Source: Azolla caroliniana (Eukaryota > Plantae > Polypodiophyta). Taken from it: a stretch of DNA of 64,000 bases. The DNA is taken from contig JBHGNT010000020.1 of assembly GCA_043228905.1 (NCBI GenBank), forward strand, positions 12,276,001 through 12,340,000, read 5' to 3'. Position numbers and translations under genes: made by a program. This document shows positions 18,262 to 29,165 of the stretch, one piece after another; position 1 is the stretch's first letter; each line of letters starts with the position of its first letter. Below the pieces are notes generated by a model that was given only the letters and a program-made list of their open reading frames with translations, ran no database searches and was not told the DNA's origin.

Positions 18262-18411
18262 AAAAAAGGGAATGTATGGTATATCTTGTATGTATAGCCT
18301 TATGACACTTTACTAGTATCAATGTAGTATCTTTTTTTGGGAAAAAAATTTAATTTGTGGCGTGGTAATGACGAAAGTGTCGAATACGGGTTCATAATGG
18401 ATGTATTCACA

Positions 18412-18885
18412 TTGTCCCATTGGACAAACTAGGTTTAGGCCATATCCATAAATATTGGGAAGGGTAGTTACCCTAGATAAGTTATTATTTAAATTGACCC
18501 TTGCAACCTGCTTTATGTGGTTGTTCATTGATGTTGTTGTTGCTATTGTAACTTTGGAGAATAATACAGTTGCATATCTTTGTGCCTACCTTGGTGTCTC
18601 TCTGTCTCCTTGTTCTATTGATCTTGTTTCTTGTTATTGTTGCCTCCATTGAATCTTGTAGAGTTGTTCTTCATGACTTTGTTCATCATCAAATATAGAT
18701 CTTCATAGGATAATTGTTGGTTTTGTTCCGCATCGACATGGCCACTTCCAACATCTGGTATCAGATCCAAGTTCTCTTGATTCTGTAGCCAATCTTCTTC
18801 TTTTCCTCATCAACAGTCCTTGGAAAACCTTATGAAGACCTTTTAGTTGATTTATTTGTTGGAACAGACTCTGAGACTTCAATCG
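18412..18885 (+). mobile_element. Old LTR element remnant (5' LTR end ~18753 + tRNA-iMet PBS), the host of element A; continues after 57236
   Basis: ...CCAACA-TC-TGGTATCAGA (PBS 18756-18765). Left boundary approximate. Confidence 0.5.
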
Positions 18886-18907
18886 AACTATGTTACCCGT
18901 TCCTTTG

Positions 18908-21900
18908 TGTTAAGAGTCTATTACTAATCAATAGACCAAATCAAGTAAAAAGGAAGAAAATAGATTGGATAGAAGAACCCGTTCCACCCGACCACCCCCG
19001 AGCTATGATCTAGACATAGCCAACCTACCACCGACGTCCCATACCGCCGGATATTAGGATGACTAATACCTTGGAAGAGATAAACACGATCGTCGAGACG
19101 AAAGCCTAGCCCGCACCACTAGTGTCTACGACAGCAGCCTTCCGACGTGATGGTCCCTATGAGGGTAGCTAAGCCTCATATTTATACCTTTTCCTAGGCC
19201 CCTTGAATAGATGTGCCTTTCTAAAAGGCTCTCTATTCATTGGTTGTCTAAATCATGATAGTGCATGCACATATCATTCATTCTATCCAATCATTAGTCC
19301 CCTTTTTAATAATAGTGAACATACCCTTCACTAATGTAAATATTAGTGACCTACCCTCACCAACGTTATGTGTACATAACATACTCCCCTACTTCAAAAG
19401 ATTGCACTCTTGCAATATAAAGTGAGGAAATTGTGCCTTAAGCGAATGCTCGCGTTCCCATGTGGCATCATCAATAGGTTTATCCATCCATTTGATCTTG
19501 AATAGCCGAATCTCTTTAGAACGTAAACGTTTAGTACGAGAATCAAGAATTCGTTCAGGAACATGAGGTTTGTAAGAAAAATCCTCTAATGTTACAAGAT
19601 CTTGGATTGTGTGGTGTTATCACCAGAGCCTAAAAATGGTTTTAGACGACTGACGTGAAAAACAGGATGAATACCAACGTTACGAGGTAAGGCAGGGTGA
19701 TAAGCAGATGACCCAACTCGCTTAAGGATTTCAAATGGGCCACAATATCGTGGGGCTAACTTAGCGCACTTGCCCGTAGATAATGACGTAGAATCAGTCG
19801 GGACACGCAAAAAAACTTTTTGACCAATAGTAAATGCACGAGGACGTCTATCCTGATTAGCATAAAATCGAGCACGATCTTGAGCTGTCTTGACATTTTC
19901 TTTGGCAATATGCAACATTTGGTTCATGTCTTGCAAAAAATTGCGTGTACTGTCTAATGTATCACGATGAATCGTGACATCAACTGGGGCACATGGCTGA
20001 AAACCATACATCAACATAAAAGGACTATATCCAGTGGATGTATGTTTAGAGCTATTATAGGCAAATTCTAAGATAGGAAGGTATTGCTCCCACTTAGAAG
20101 GGGTTTTTGCTACATAAGCTCGAAGCATGTCCTCAATAATTTGATTAACTCGTTCAGTTTGTCCATCAGACTAAGGATGATCTGCGGAACTCATGCTCAA
20201 CGTAGTTTCTAGTTTCTTAAAGACCTGAGTCCAAAAGTCACTAGTAAACTTGGAATCTCAATCACTAACAATATCCATCGGTAATCCATAAAAACAAAAT
20301 AACTCATCAACAAATTGATAAGCCAACTGTTGAGCGGTTACCGTGGTTTTTGTAGGAATAAATCTAGCTAATTTTGTTAGCCTGTCAACGACAACCCATA
20401 TGGCATCATGACCCCTCTGTGTACGAGGTAAACTAACAATAAAATCCATCGAGATACTTTCCCATTTATTGTTGGGAATATCTAAGGGATGTAAAAGACC
20501 AGCAGCTTTAAGTCGTTCTGACTTATTAATCTGACATTGTAAGCATTGAGTTACGTATTTATGCACGTCAGAGCGCATCTTAGGCCAGAAAAAAGTACAC
20601 GAGATGAGAACGAGTGTGCGTTGTATTCCAGGATGACCAGCAGATGGTGCATCATGACATTCATGAAAAATTTTCTGTTTAACATTTGGTAAATCTGGAA
20701 CACAGACCTTTCCATTACGGTAGAGCAAACCGTTTGTAATGTGAAAGGTCGCCTTCGAGGGTAGGGTGCTAGTATCGGCATCTAAACCAAATTCGGCTTT
20801 CGTCCAGTATTTTGAGAAATAACTGTCATCAAGGTATTTCCCTCGAAGGTGATCTAAAAGATCAGATTTTATTTCCGTGAAGCTAAGCATGTTAACTTCT
20901 TTAATGCGACTAAGAGCATCAGCAACGGTGTTCATAGAACCCTTGCGATATCGTATGGAAAAATCAAAATCTTGCATAAGGTCAGCCCAACGGCCTTTAC
21001 GACCAACAAGATCGGGCTGGTCACAAAAATACTTTAATGATTGATGGTCTGTTGTAACCACAAATTTATTTCCATAGAGATAGTGCCTCCATGTTTTAAG
21101 TGCGTGTATCACCGCAAACAACTCTTTCTCTTGAACCGAATACCGAGATTGAGCAACATCAAGCTTCTTACTTTCAAAAGCAATAGGGTGACCACCTTGA
21201 TAAAGAACGGCACCAATAGCATAATCACTAGCATCGGTTTCAATTGAGAAAGGCTTAGAAGGGTCTGGTAATAGAAGAGTGGGAGCCTGACACACATGCT
21301 CCTTGAGTGTCTCAAATGATTTGTCAAGTTGTTCATTCCATGAAATTGGTTTGACAGACTTACGTGGATGACCTTTTAAAAGGTCAGTTAATGGCGTAGT
21401 CAATTTGGAATAGTTACGAATTGATTTTCGTAAAAATCCAACAAACCCTAAGAATGATCTAAGTTCACGAATATTACGAGGAATGGGCCAAAGTTTAACC
21501 TTTTCAATACGAGAAGGTTCAATTTCAACGCCATTTTCTGTAATTAAATGACCTAGGTACACAATAGATTTTTGGAAGAAGTCACATTTTGAATGTTTTG
21601 CATAGAAAGAGTTGTCACGCAACTTTCGCAAAACAAATCGAACATGTTGAACATGATCTTGCAAGGTACGGCTATATATCAAAATATCATCCAAGAAGAC
21701 GACAACAAAATCACCGAGTTGATCTCGGAAAACATCATTCATCGCTTGTTGGAATGTGGCTGGAGCGTTAGTCAACCCAAATGGCATGACTAAAAACTCA
21801 TAATGGCCATATCGCGTACGACCGGTGTCTACGACAGCAGCCTTCCGACGTGATGGTCCCTATGAGGGTAGCTAAGCCTCATATTTATACCTTTTCCTAG

Positions 21901-22084
21901 GCCCCTTGAATAGATGTGCCTTTCTAAAAGGCTCTCTATTCATTGGTTGTCTAAATCATGATAGTGCATGCACATATCATTCATTCTATCCAATCATTAG
22001 TCCCCTTTTTAATAATAGTGAACATACCCTTCACTAATGTAAATATTAGTGACCTACCCTCACCAACGTTATGTGTACATAACA
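18908..22084 (-). mobile_element. Element B: internally deleted chromovirus (Ty3/gypsy) inserted in A's 3' LTR
   Basis: TSD CTTTG (18903-18907 / 22085-22089). Full 3' LTR 18908-19381 with adjacent PPT (plus-strand TACTCCCCTACTTC). Partial 5' LTR ~21823-22084 is fused directly to mid-RT. Confidence 0.92.
19390..21820 (-). pseudogene. Element B pol remnant: partial RT, RNase H, integrase, chromodomain
   Basis: [35 protein letters not shown]...CLQC, ISMDFI, GPF and IKWMDK...DATWERE. In-frame stop at 20258 and a frameshift near 19600. Confidence 0.9.
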
Positions 22085-22532
22085 CTTTGGGTGAACACCT
22101 TCGATAGATCTGCGGCTATCGGTATTCAAGGGCGTGGTACGTGAAGGCTCGTAATAGAGGCGTCGTGAGAGAGACAATGATCAGAGATAAAACACTAGCG
22201 AGATCTTGATAGGTGTGGGCGGCGCTGAAATCATAGGTATGAATCAAAGCACAGACACATGGAGCAAAATGGGCACAAATCAGATATATTACTGCGATAG
22301 AAAAAAGATTACAGAACACGGCCTACGGCCGGTGACCTTACAAGATTATCTAGTTACGAGGGACTAAGCTAGTGCTTTCGCCTATATTTTTCTTCTCTCC
22401 CGCTCTGAGGTACTGGTCCTCGTTTAAATAACGTTTCCCCTAATACACAGCTGAGCCATCGGTGGCCCGTGATACTCGGACTCGACGTTTGCTAATTTCC
22501 TAATTTTACATTTCTGTCCTCTGGACAACACC

Positions 22533-22549
22533 TGGCACGCCCGTGGGAC
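22533..22549 (+). promoter_or_regulatory. Inverted (antisense) tRNA-Arg-type PBS where element A's polypurine tract should be
   Basis: TGGCACGCCCGTGGGAC begins 2 nt inside the LTR end. It matches the complement of the recalled plant tRNA-Arg(UCU) 3' end (...GTCCCACCGGGCGTGCCA) with a 1-nt gap. Confidence 0.75.
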
Positions 22550-22629
22550 AGGACCTTGTCCGTCGGACCCACGACTTACAAAAATACTAACAATATTACA
22601 AAAATTGCCTTTTAGGTGTGATCCTCATT

Positions 22630-25600
22630 TCATTCCTCTTTTAAGATGTCAAGGATGTTTTCGGGGTCCGGGGTGGTGGTAGGGTGGTCTGGTTGGACTG
22701 TCGGTGCGGGGGGTTGAGGTTGGTCCGGGGGTGTCATATCTTCTCGGGCGTCCGCCTCAGGTGCGACCGATTCTTCTGGTGGGGGTGTGGGTTCGAGGGT
22801 GCTGACCTCTACTGCGACTGGATCTGGTACCGTGTGGGCGTCCATGGGAGGTCTGTTGGCCGGGGCAAGTTCCTCCTGTGCCGTGTCCGTGATCCCCTCG
22901 CTGGAAGGTTCTTCCTTCTGCTTTGTGGCCGTTGGAGGGCTGGTTGGGATGGCTGCGAGTCGTTCTTGTTCGAAGGCTTCTGCTTCCAGGCGAAACAACA
23001 TCTAACCGTCATTGAAGTCCCCCAGTATTTGCTCGATTGCCGCGGTGTGAGATTTTGCCAAGGACTGGTAATCCTCGGTTAAATCTGCACGCAGGTTTTT
23101 TTTATGCTGGCTTCGTCCATTTTGTAAAAGCCGCGGCCCTCCTTCCGTCGGTTCTCGGCATCGACGCGTAAAATATGCAATTCGGCAGCTTGGGCTGCCC
23201 ATTCGTCTCCTGCGCGACTTAATGTTTCCTCGACCTTTTTGGTGAGGTGCTGGCGCTGTTTCTCGATCAGTATTCTGATGCGTGTCTCATCCATGTCGGG
23301 TTGTGCTCGGACGGCTGCTAATTCCTGTTTTAAGCCGTCGACCTTGGCCTGAAGCTTCTTTGCTAGTAGTTCATAGGTGGCTTGAGTGTTCTTTGCATCC
23401 GCAGTTACGAGCTGGATAGACTGCTCGTAATGCTTGGTGAGTTCTTCGGTAGCTTTCTCCCATTCTTTTTGACACGCGGCCCGGACTTGTTCCCGTTTGA
23501 CGATTCTTTCTTCTTGTAGGGTGAAGTAGGAATCAGATAATTCGTCTTTTTGCTCCGAAAGTAGCTTGCATTTGATGAAAAACTTGTCAACCATTTCTTT
23601 AAGGGTCGTACGCTGACTCTGCAGCTCGGCATTCTCCGCGATCATTCTCTCCTCCCGTTGGCGATTTCTTTCCTCATGCCGGTGGTTCCAGTCTTTCGCA
23701 TTGTCGAGTGCGGCCTGTAGGTCTAGGACCTCCTTCTCTTTCTTTGCCACTGTGGCTGCGTATTCCTCCAGCTTGCTTTTGAGTTCGGCTTCTTTGCCCG
23801 CGGCTCGCGCTTGTACCCGGCCCAGTGCTTCATTCTGCTCGTGTATCCTTTGGTCGGCCTGGGCTCTAATCTCGGCCATCTGCTTGGAAGCTTCTTATTT
23901 TAGGCGAGCCATCGCCTCCTGATGCCGTTGTTCGTGTCTCTCGGTTCGTCGTTGTTCTTCTTTAAGCTCCGCTCGGTAATCCCGGAGCGGGGGTTCTGTC
24001 TGGGTTGCCACCTCCTTGGGTGGACGAGGGGGTGGTATCTCGGTCTTCTCCATGGGCGTGGCCGCCTCGGTTGTTGTGCAGGCATCGACCATTTGTAACG
24101 AGTTCGTTTGTGTGCTGGCCTGAATTGTCAGGATTGAATCTGTGACGGTGCTTTCATCCATCATTGTTATGCGTGGAGGGGCTGGGAGGGCCTCGGTGGT
24201 CGTGGCCGGAAGGCTCAAGAGTTGTTGTTCCGGCTGGTTTTGCTCCTAGGCTGCCAACTTCTGCTTCGCAACGTGCCATAATTCCGTAGCCATCTTAGCC
24301 TATTTTTGGGCTATTTTTATCTTTCGGGCCATGTCTTTGGCTGCCCGCATAGTGCGATCCAGGTCCCTATATGCCTCGATAAGGGCCGTGTTCAACTCGG
24401 GGACCTCCATGAGGAGAGCGGCCTGTTTTGCCTGCTTCTTTCTCCCTATTTTTTGTAAAGCCCTGTCGTCCTGGGGCTCAATTTCACCTAATAGCGCGCG
24501 TTGAACCATTCGAGCGGCTGCCGCGACTTGGGCTCTAGCGAGGAAGTCGACCAGCTTGAATGTTGTACCGAGGCATAGGAGCGCACTAAATTCGTAAGCC
24601 TCCGTGGGGAGGTCTTTATACCCGAGGACTTCATCCTCTGAGATCTGCGTTGTCTGCCCATGCTCGATCTTTCCCTGGTTCAACGATGCCTCCTTAGGGA
24701 TGATGGCCAAGTTGCTCTGTCTAACAACTAAGGCTTGCTCCTGTTGTGGCTCTTTCTGTTCTACTGAGGACTCGCGGTTGAGTCGTCTTCTCTTGCTCGG
24801 CTGGGTTTGGGGTTCTGGGGCCGGTAGTGTCGTTTCCTCCGCCTGATTCCTTTTCTGGGGTCGTGGTGGTGTTGCCTGCTGTGTGTTGGGGCGTGGGCTA
24901 GGCCCTGGGGAAGTTACCGAGGGGTGCGACGTTGGCTGTCGAATGGTGACATCATCTGCCGTGTTTTCCTCCGCGGCTATCTCCTCCTCCTACTCCTTTT
25001 TTGTTGGGGGTGGGTGGGTGGTGGTGCAGATGCGGGGTTTTGGTCGGCGGCAAGAGGTGAAGGCGATGTGGGCTCCTCCCATGCTTCGTGGCTGATGGCA
25101 ACGAATTTCTCTCTCTGCCTTCATGGTAGTGGTGGGGACGTGAGTGTGCGAGGGGAAGGAAGAGAAGAGGGTGGGTATAGAACCATCAAAAAGTGGGTAA
25201 GAACAAACAACATCTTCTTACCGGACTGGAATGAGGCTAAGGCGGCGCAGAGTCCTTCGCCTGTGATGATTCCCCAATCGACTCTGTTTCTTTCATACGC
25301 GTTGATGATGATGGTTGCCTTGTTCTGCGGCATGCTTGTCGGGTTCGTACGCACGAACGCATACTCCATCAATATACAAGCAATCTCCCCGAAAGCTCTG
25401 TTGGGACCGCCATACGTGTGATATGCCTTCCTTGAGGCTGAGTACTCACCGAATTACTCTTTCATCTTCGATGCCGGGGGTATGTCGACCTCATGGTCCC
25501 CTCCCCGTTGCAGGTCCAAAACAGCCCGAAGCACGTTGTTGGTGATGGCTTCGGGACAAATACGTTTAGCCACACCTTGGGCATCTGGGTGCGCGGGGGC

Positions 25601-25678
25601 ATCGATGATCTTCAGGTAACCGCCCATTCCTCGTTCCTGGAGCCAGGCGCGGGTTTATGTTGAAGCAGTAAGAGGCAT
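22630..25678 (-). pseudogene. Element A extra 3' ORF (~1000 codons; coiled-coil plus Pro/Thr-rich), decayed
   Basis: ATG at 25678. Fragments 25372-25121, 24710-24300, 24218-23895, 23879-23079 and 23202-22630 join via two frameshifts and several stops consistent with C>T changes. Long E/K/Q-rich helical segment. Confidence 0.75.
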
Positions 25679-27091
25679 GGTGGAGATGGAGACGAGGTTT
25701 GACTGTGTGGAAGAGTGAAGAAGAGTGACGAGGCGAGGGCGAGACAGAGGAGGAACAGCAGGAAGGGGAAGTTCAGCAGAGGGGCTATGAGAGCGAAAGA
25801 GGGCTTGAGAGCAAGAACGTTTCGAGCGATGAGAGCGATATTATAGATCTTAGTATTAAAGTAAGCTTAAGATAACGATAAAGTAATGATAGATAGAAAG
25901 GAGAAAGAGAAAGAAGGGTGCTGATCCACCCGACCACCCCCGAGCGAAGGGATCGAGACGGACTCGAGCCTTGATTGGCGTCCCATACCACCGCCGTGGC
26001 GTCGAGTCGTACCTGGTGCTGGCGCGCTCGCTACAAGAGTTGACCCACCACACGAGCAGAGTCTCGATGTAGTCAAAAGATGATCAAATGAGGGTAGCTA
26101 GGCCTCTTATTTATAGCGATACCCAAGGCCCCCAGGCAAGTTCACACTTGACCTAATGGGTTGTCTCAATCCCGAGGATTAAATGTAATCCTCCCCTTCT
26201 TTACACTCTCGTTTAATCCTCACACTTATCCACGTGTATAGAATACTACGGTGTCGTAGTGTAAGTTGCACACTATGTGGAAATTATATTTTTGTCCCTC
26301 CGGATAGAGAATGGAGTGCTCGGTGAGAACCGGAAGAAAACGGCATACCGGCAAGGAGGAAAACGGCAAGGAGGAAAACGGCATACCGGCAAGGAAGAAA
26401 ACGGCATACCGGCAAGGAAGAGCCGGATAAAGAGACATAAATGTAAAAAGAAAGGAAATACTCACTACTGCGCAAGGCGTGATTCGAACTCTGCACCTCC
26501 ACGTTGACAAACCCCAACCTTACCATTACATTAACTTATCTTAAGTGTTTTAAATATAGATTTAATACGTATAAGACCTTTATTTATGCATACCTTTATT
26601 AAAAGGTAAATCATGTATTTTTAGAGTGCGTGAATATTTTATAGAAAAACACAAGCGACTAAAAAGTGACTCATGCACATCTAGCGTGCATGAGCACTAT
26701 ATTTAGCAAATAAAAGCAAGGATTAGAAAAGCATCACATGCACATTTAGTGTGCATGAACATATTAGAAAAAGCATATAGCTATGCTTAGTCTCTCCCAT
26801 CACTATATAAGGATGGGGAGCACATTGTAATTTTTGTTGATTATTTGGATTAAGTATTAATCAATACAAAAATTATTCGTGGGATTCACGATTTATACAT
26901 CTACTTCTCTCTTAACACCCTAAGTACCAATTAATATAGTATACTCGTGTGATTCACGAGTTTCTTGTCTTTCTCTTTGCTATTTACTCATAATTAATCT
27001 CTATCTCACGAACTTCTTTCTCCTAGTCCAAGACCTCTGTGGTTCCCACCCGACTCACGCAACGATCCGGAGCCGAAAGGCACGACACAGT

Positions 27092-27109
27092 TGGTGAACC
27101 CGACGTGAA
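27092..27109 (+). promoter_or_regulatory. Primer-binding site complementary to tRNA-Trp(CCA)
   Basis: TGGTGAACCCGACGTGAA is the reverse complement of the recalled plant tRNA-Trp 3' end (TTCACGTCGGGTTCA-CCA), 4 nt after the LTR. Confidence 0.8.
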
Positions 27110-27125
27110 GACGGGTGGCAAGGAG

Positions 27126-29165
27126 ATGGAGGCTCAACAAGCTAACAATATGATGGCGATGTTCGAACGGATGCTTCAAGAACAACGCACGATGTCGGAG
27201 ATTTCGGCATCAATAGAGCGGCTCGTGCAACGCAACGGGCAATTTAATGGTAAGGATGTGTCGCGATATTTGCAGGACTACAAGGCGGAGATGCTCCGGT
27301 GCCGGGCTTCGGAAGGACTGCAAGTGACATCCTTTAACCGGGTGGCGACCGACGGGCTTCAAGGGAGTATCCACGGGTTGCAACAACAAAATCCGACGTG
27401 GGAAGCATTCGAAGAGGCGTTAAAGACCACGTTTGCCATCGAGGACTCCTCCAAGGCAACGCGGAGGGGATTCGAGGATTGGGTGGAAACGTCAGGTAAG
27501 GGGTTGAAGGTCCTCGAAGTGTTTTCGACATTCGAAAGTCGGTTCGGGAGGTTGTCCGCGAGAGATCAAACTATTCTTGCGCCGGACAAAGTCATCATGT
27601 TTTTGCGAGCTGTGGACGTCCGGGACCGGAAAGATCTCGGAGTGCTTCTTGAGGACACGACCACCGAAAGCGGCCTCACCGAAACATGGGAAAGCGTGCG
27701 GGATATCGTCGCGCGGTACACGAAGAGGGGGCAATGGCTTGCCAACGAAGAAAAGAGGGTTTCGGAACCGATTCCGAAACCGAGAACGGGATTGGAAGAC
27801 CATCAACCGAGGGCTCGGGAGATTACGGCCGAGAAGGGAGTCGACGCCTCTACGGTGGAGCAGCTGCTGAAGGAGATGGAGAATCTAAAGATCGCGATGG
27901 TGAAGAAGTCGGATGACCGCCCCACAAGCTCCAAATATACGGATCGACGGTGCATATGGTGCGATAGCGCCGAACACGATCGGAGGGATTGCGACGACCA
28001 TAAGGAGGCGCTACGACGGGATCTCATCTACTACGAGGGAAACCGGATTCATTCGATGGACTCTCGGAAGCCACTCCGACCGAACTTCCGGAAAGGCGGC
28101 ATGAAGAAGGTGCTCGAGGAGGAGTTAGCGGCAAGAAGCAACTATGCGACAACCGCGGGAATATGTGTCGGGGAGTCAACGGGAGCGAAGGCGTCTTTCT
28201 GGCCGGAGGTGCTAGGAAACACCGAGAAAACCGACTCCAACGATATCCGAAACACCGCGGAAGGCGTCCGGGAAGCTACGGGATGGGAGTGCCCTGTCGA
28301 CAAGAATAGCATATACGCCCTGTGTCAATTACATGAGGTGTATGTGGACGAGAAACGACGGCGCACGGAGGATGCGGCCGGACCATCGAAGATACCGGAA
28401 AGCTGGAACTCCGGAGGTAAGGGAAAAGAAAAGGCGACTCCGGCATTCAAGCTCGCCTCGGACATAGAACAACAAACCGACTTGAAAAGAGTGTTTGAGG
28501 AAAGAATCTTGGATAGCCGGGTAGATTTTTCGCTGCGGGAACTACTCGGAATAGCGAAGAAGGAGTTTCACGATCTTCTCGTGGATCTCGTGAAAAGGAA
28601 GAGACAAAGTACGGAGGAAAATGCTCCAAGGGTGAATGCAAATACCGTTTCAATGAACGACACCGAAGTGGAAGGCGAAATTCCGAACTCCCACTATACA
28701 AGGCCACACTGGGCACGTGCGACTACGGAGACTCCGGTCCGAATCGGCAACATCAAAGAACCCGTGCTAGCATTGATTGATCACGGATCGGAGATCAACT
28801 TGATGTCCAAGGAGTTCTACCGAAAGGGGAAGTGGCCTATAAACACCAACCATGGATGGAAGATTCGGGCAGCCACGAAAACGACAGAAGACCTATTTGC
28901 GGCTTGTCCGGATGTGACGGTAAAGATCGGGGATGTCGAAATTGACCAAAATTTCTTTGTGCAGGATGAGGTTTCACATTCTGTCATCCTCGGCCAACCC
29001 TTTATCACGGCTTCACGGATGGAGACGAAGGTGCTCGATAGTGGTGCGGCTTTTGCGCGAATTCGGAGCCAAAACGGAGGGAAATCCGTCCAATTCCTAA
29101 CGGTGCCGGCAAATCACGAAAGGAACAAGAGGGAACTCTTGTCCCAAGTGAGAATGGATTTTTAA
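27126..29165 (+). CDS. gag: Element D Gag-protease
   Basis: Open frame 27039-29165, first ATG at 27126. FNGKDVSRYL capsid-like motif, CIWCDSAEHDRRDC zinc knuckle, aspartic protease-like LALIDHGSEINL...ILGQPF. Confidence 0.88.
   Translation: MEAQQANNMMAMFERMLQEQRTMSEISASIERLVQRNGQFNGKDVSRYLQDYKAEMLRCRASEGLQVTSFNRVATDGLQGSIHGLQQQNPTWEAFEEALKTTFAIEDSSKATRRGFEDWVETSGKGLKVLEVFSTFESRFGRLSARDQTILAPDKVIMFLRAVDVRDRKDLGVLLEDTTTESGLTETWESVRDIVARYTKRGQWLANEEKRVSEPIPKPRTGLEDHQPRAREITAEKGVDASTVEQLLKEMENLKIAMVKKSDDRPTSSKYTDRRCIWCDSAEHDRRDCDDHKEALRRDLIYYEGNRIHSMDSRKPLRPNFRKGGMKKVLEEELAARSNYATTAGICVGESTGAKASFWPEVLGNTEKTDSNDIRNTAEGVREATGWECPVDKNSIYALCQLHEVYVDEKRRRTEDAAGPSKIPESWNSGGKGKEKATPAFKLASDIEQQTDLKRVFEERILDSRVDFSLRELLGIAKKEFHDLLVDLVKRKRQSTEENAPRVNANTVSMNDTEVEGEIPNSHYTRPHWARATTETPVRIGNIKEPVLALIDHGSEINLMSKEFYRKGKWPINTNHGWKIRAATKTTEDLFAACPDVTVKIGDVEIDQNFFVQDEVSHSVILGQPFITASRMETKVLDSGAAFARIRSQNGGKSVQFLTVPANHERNKRELLSQVRMDF

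Larger units (their letters stand above)
18891..22530 (-). repeat. Element A 3' LTR, interrupted by element B
   Basis: TGTTACCCGTTCCTTTG | B | GGTGAACACC...GGACAACA matches 56788-57231. Confidence 0.92.
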
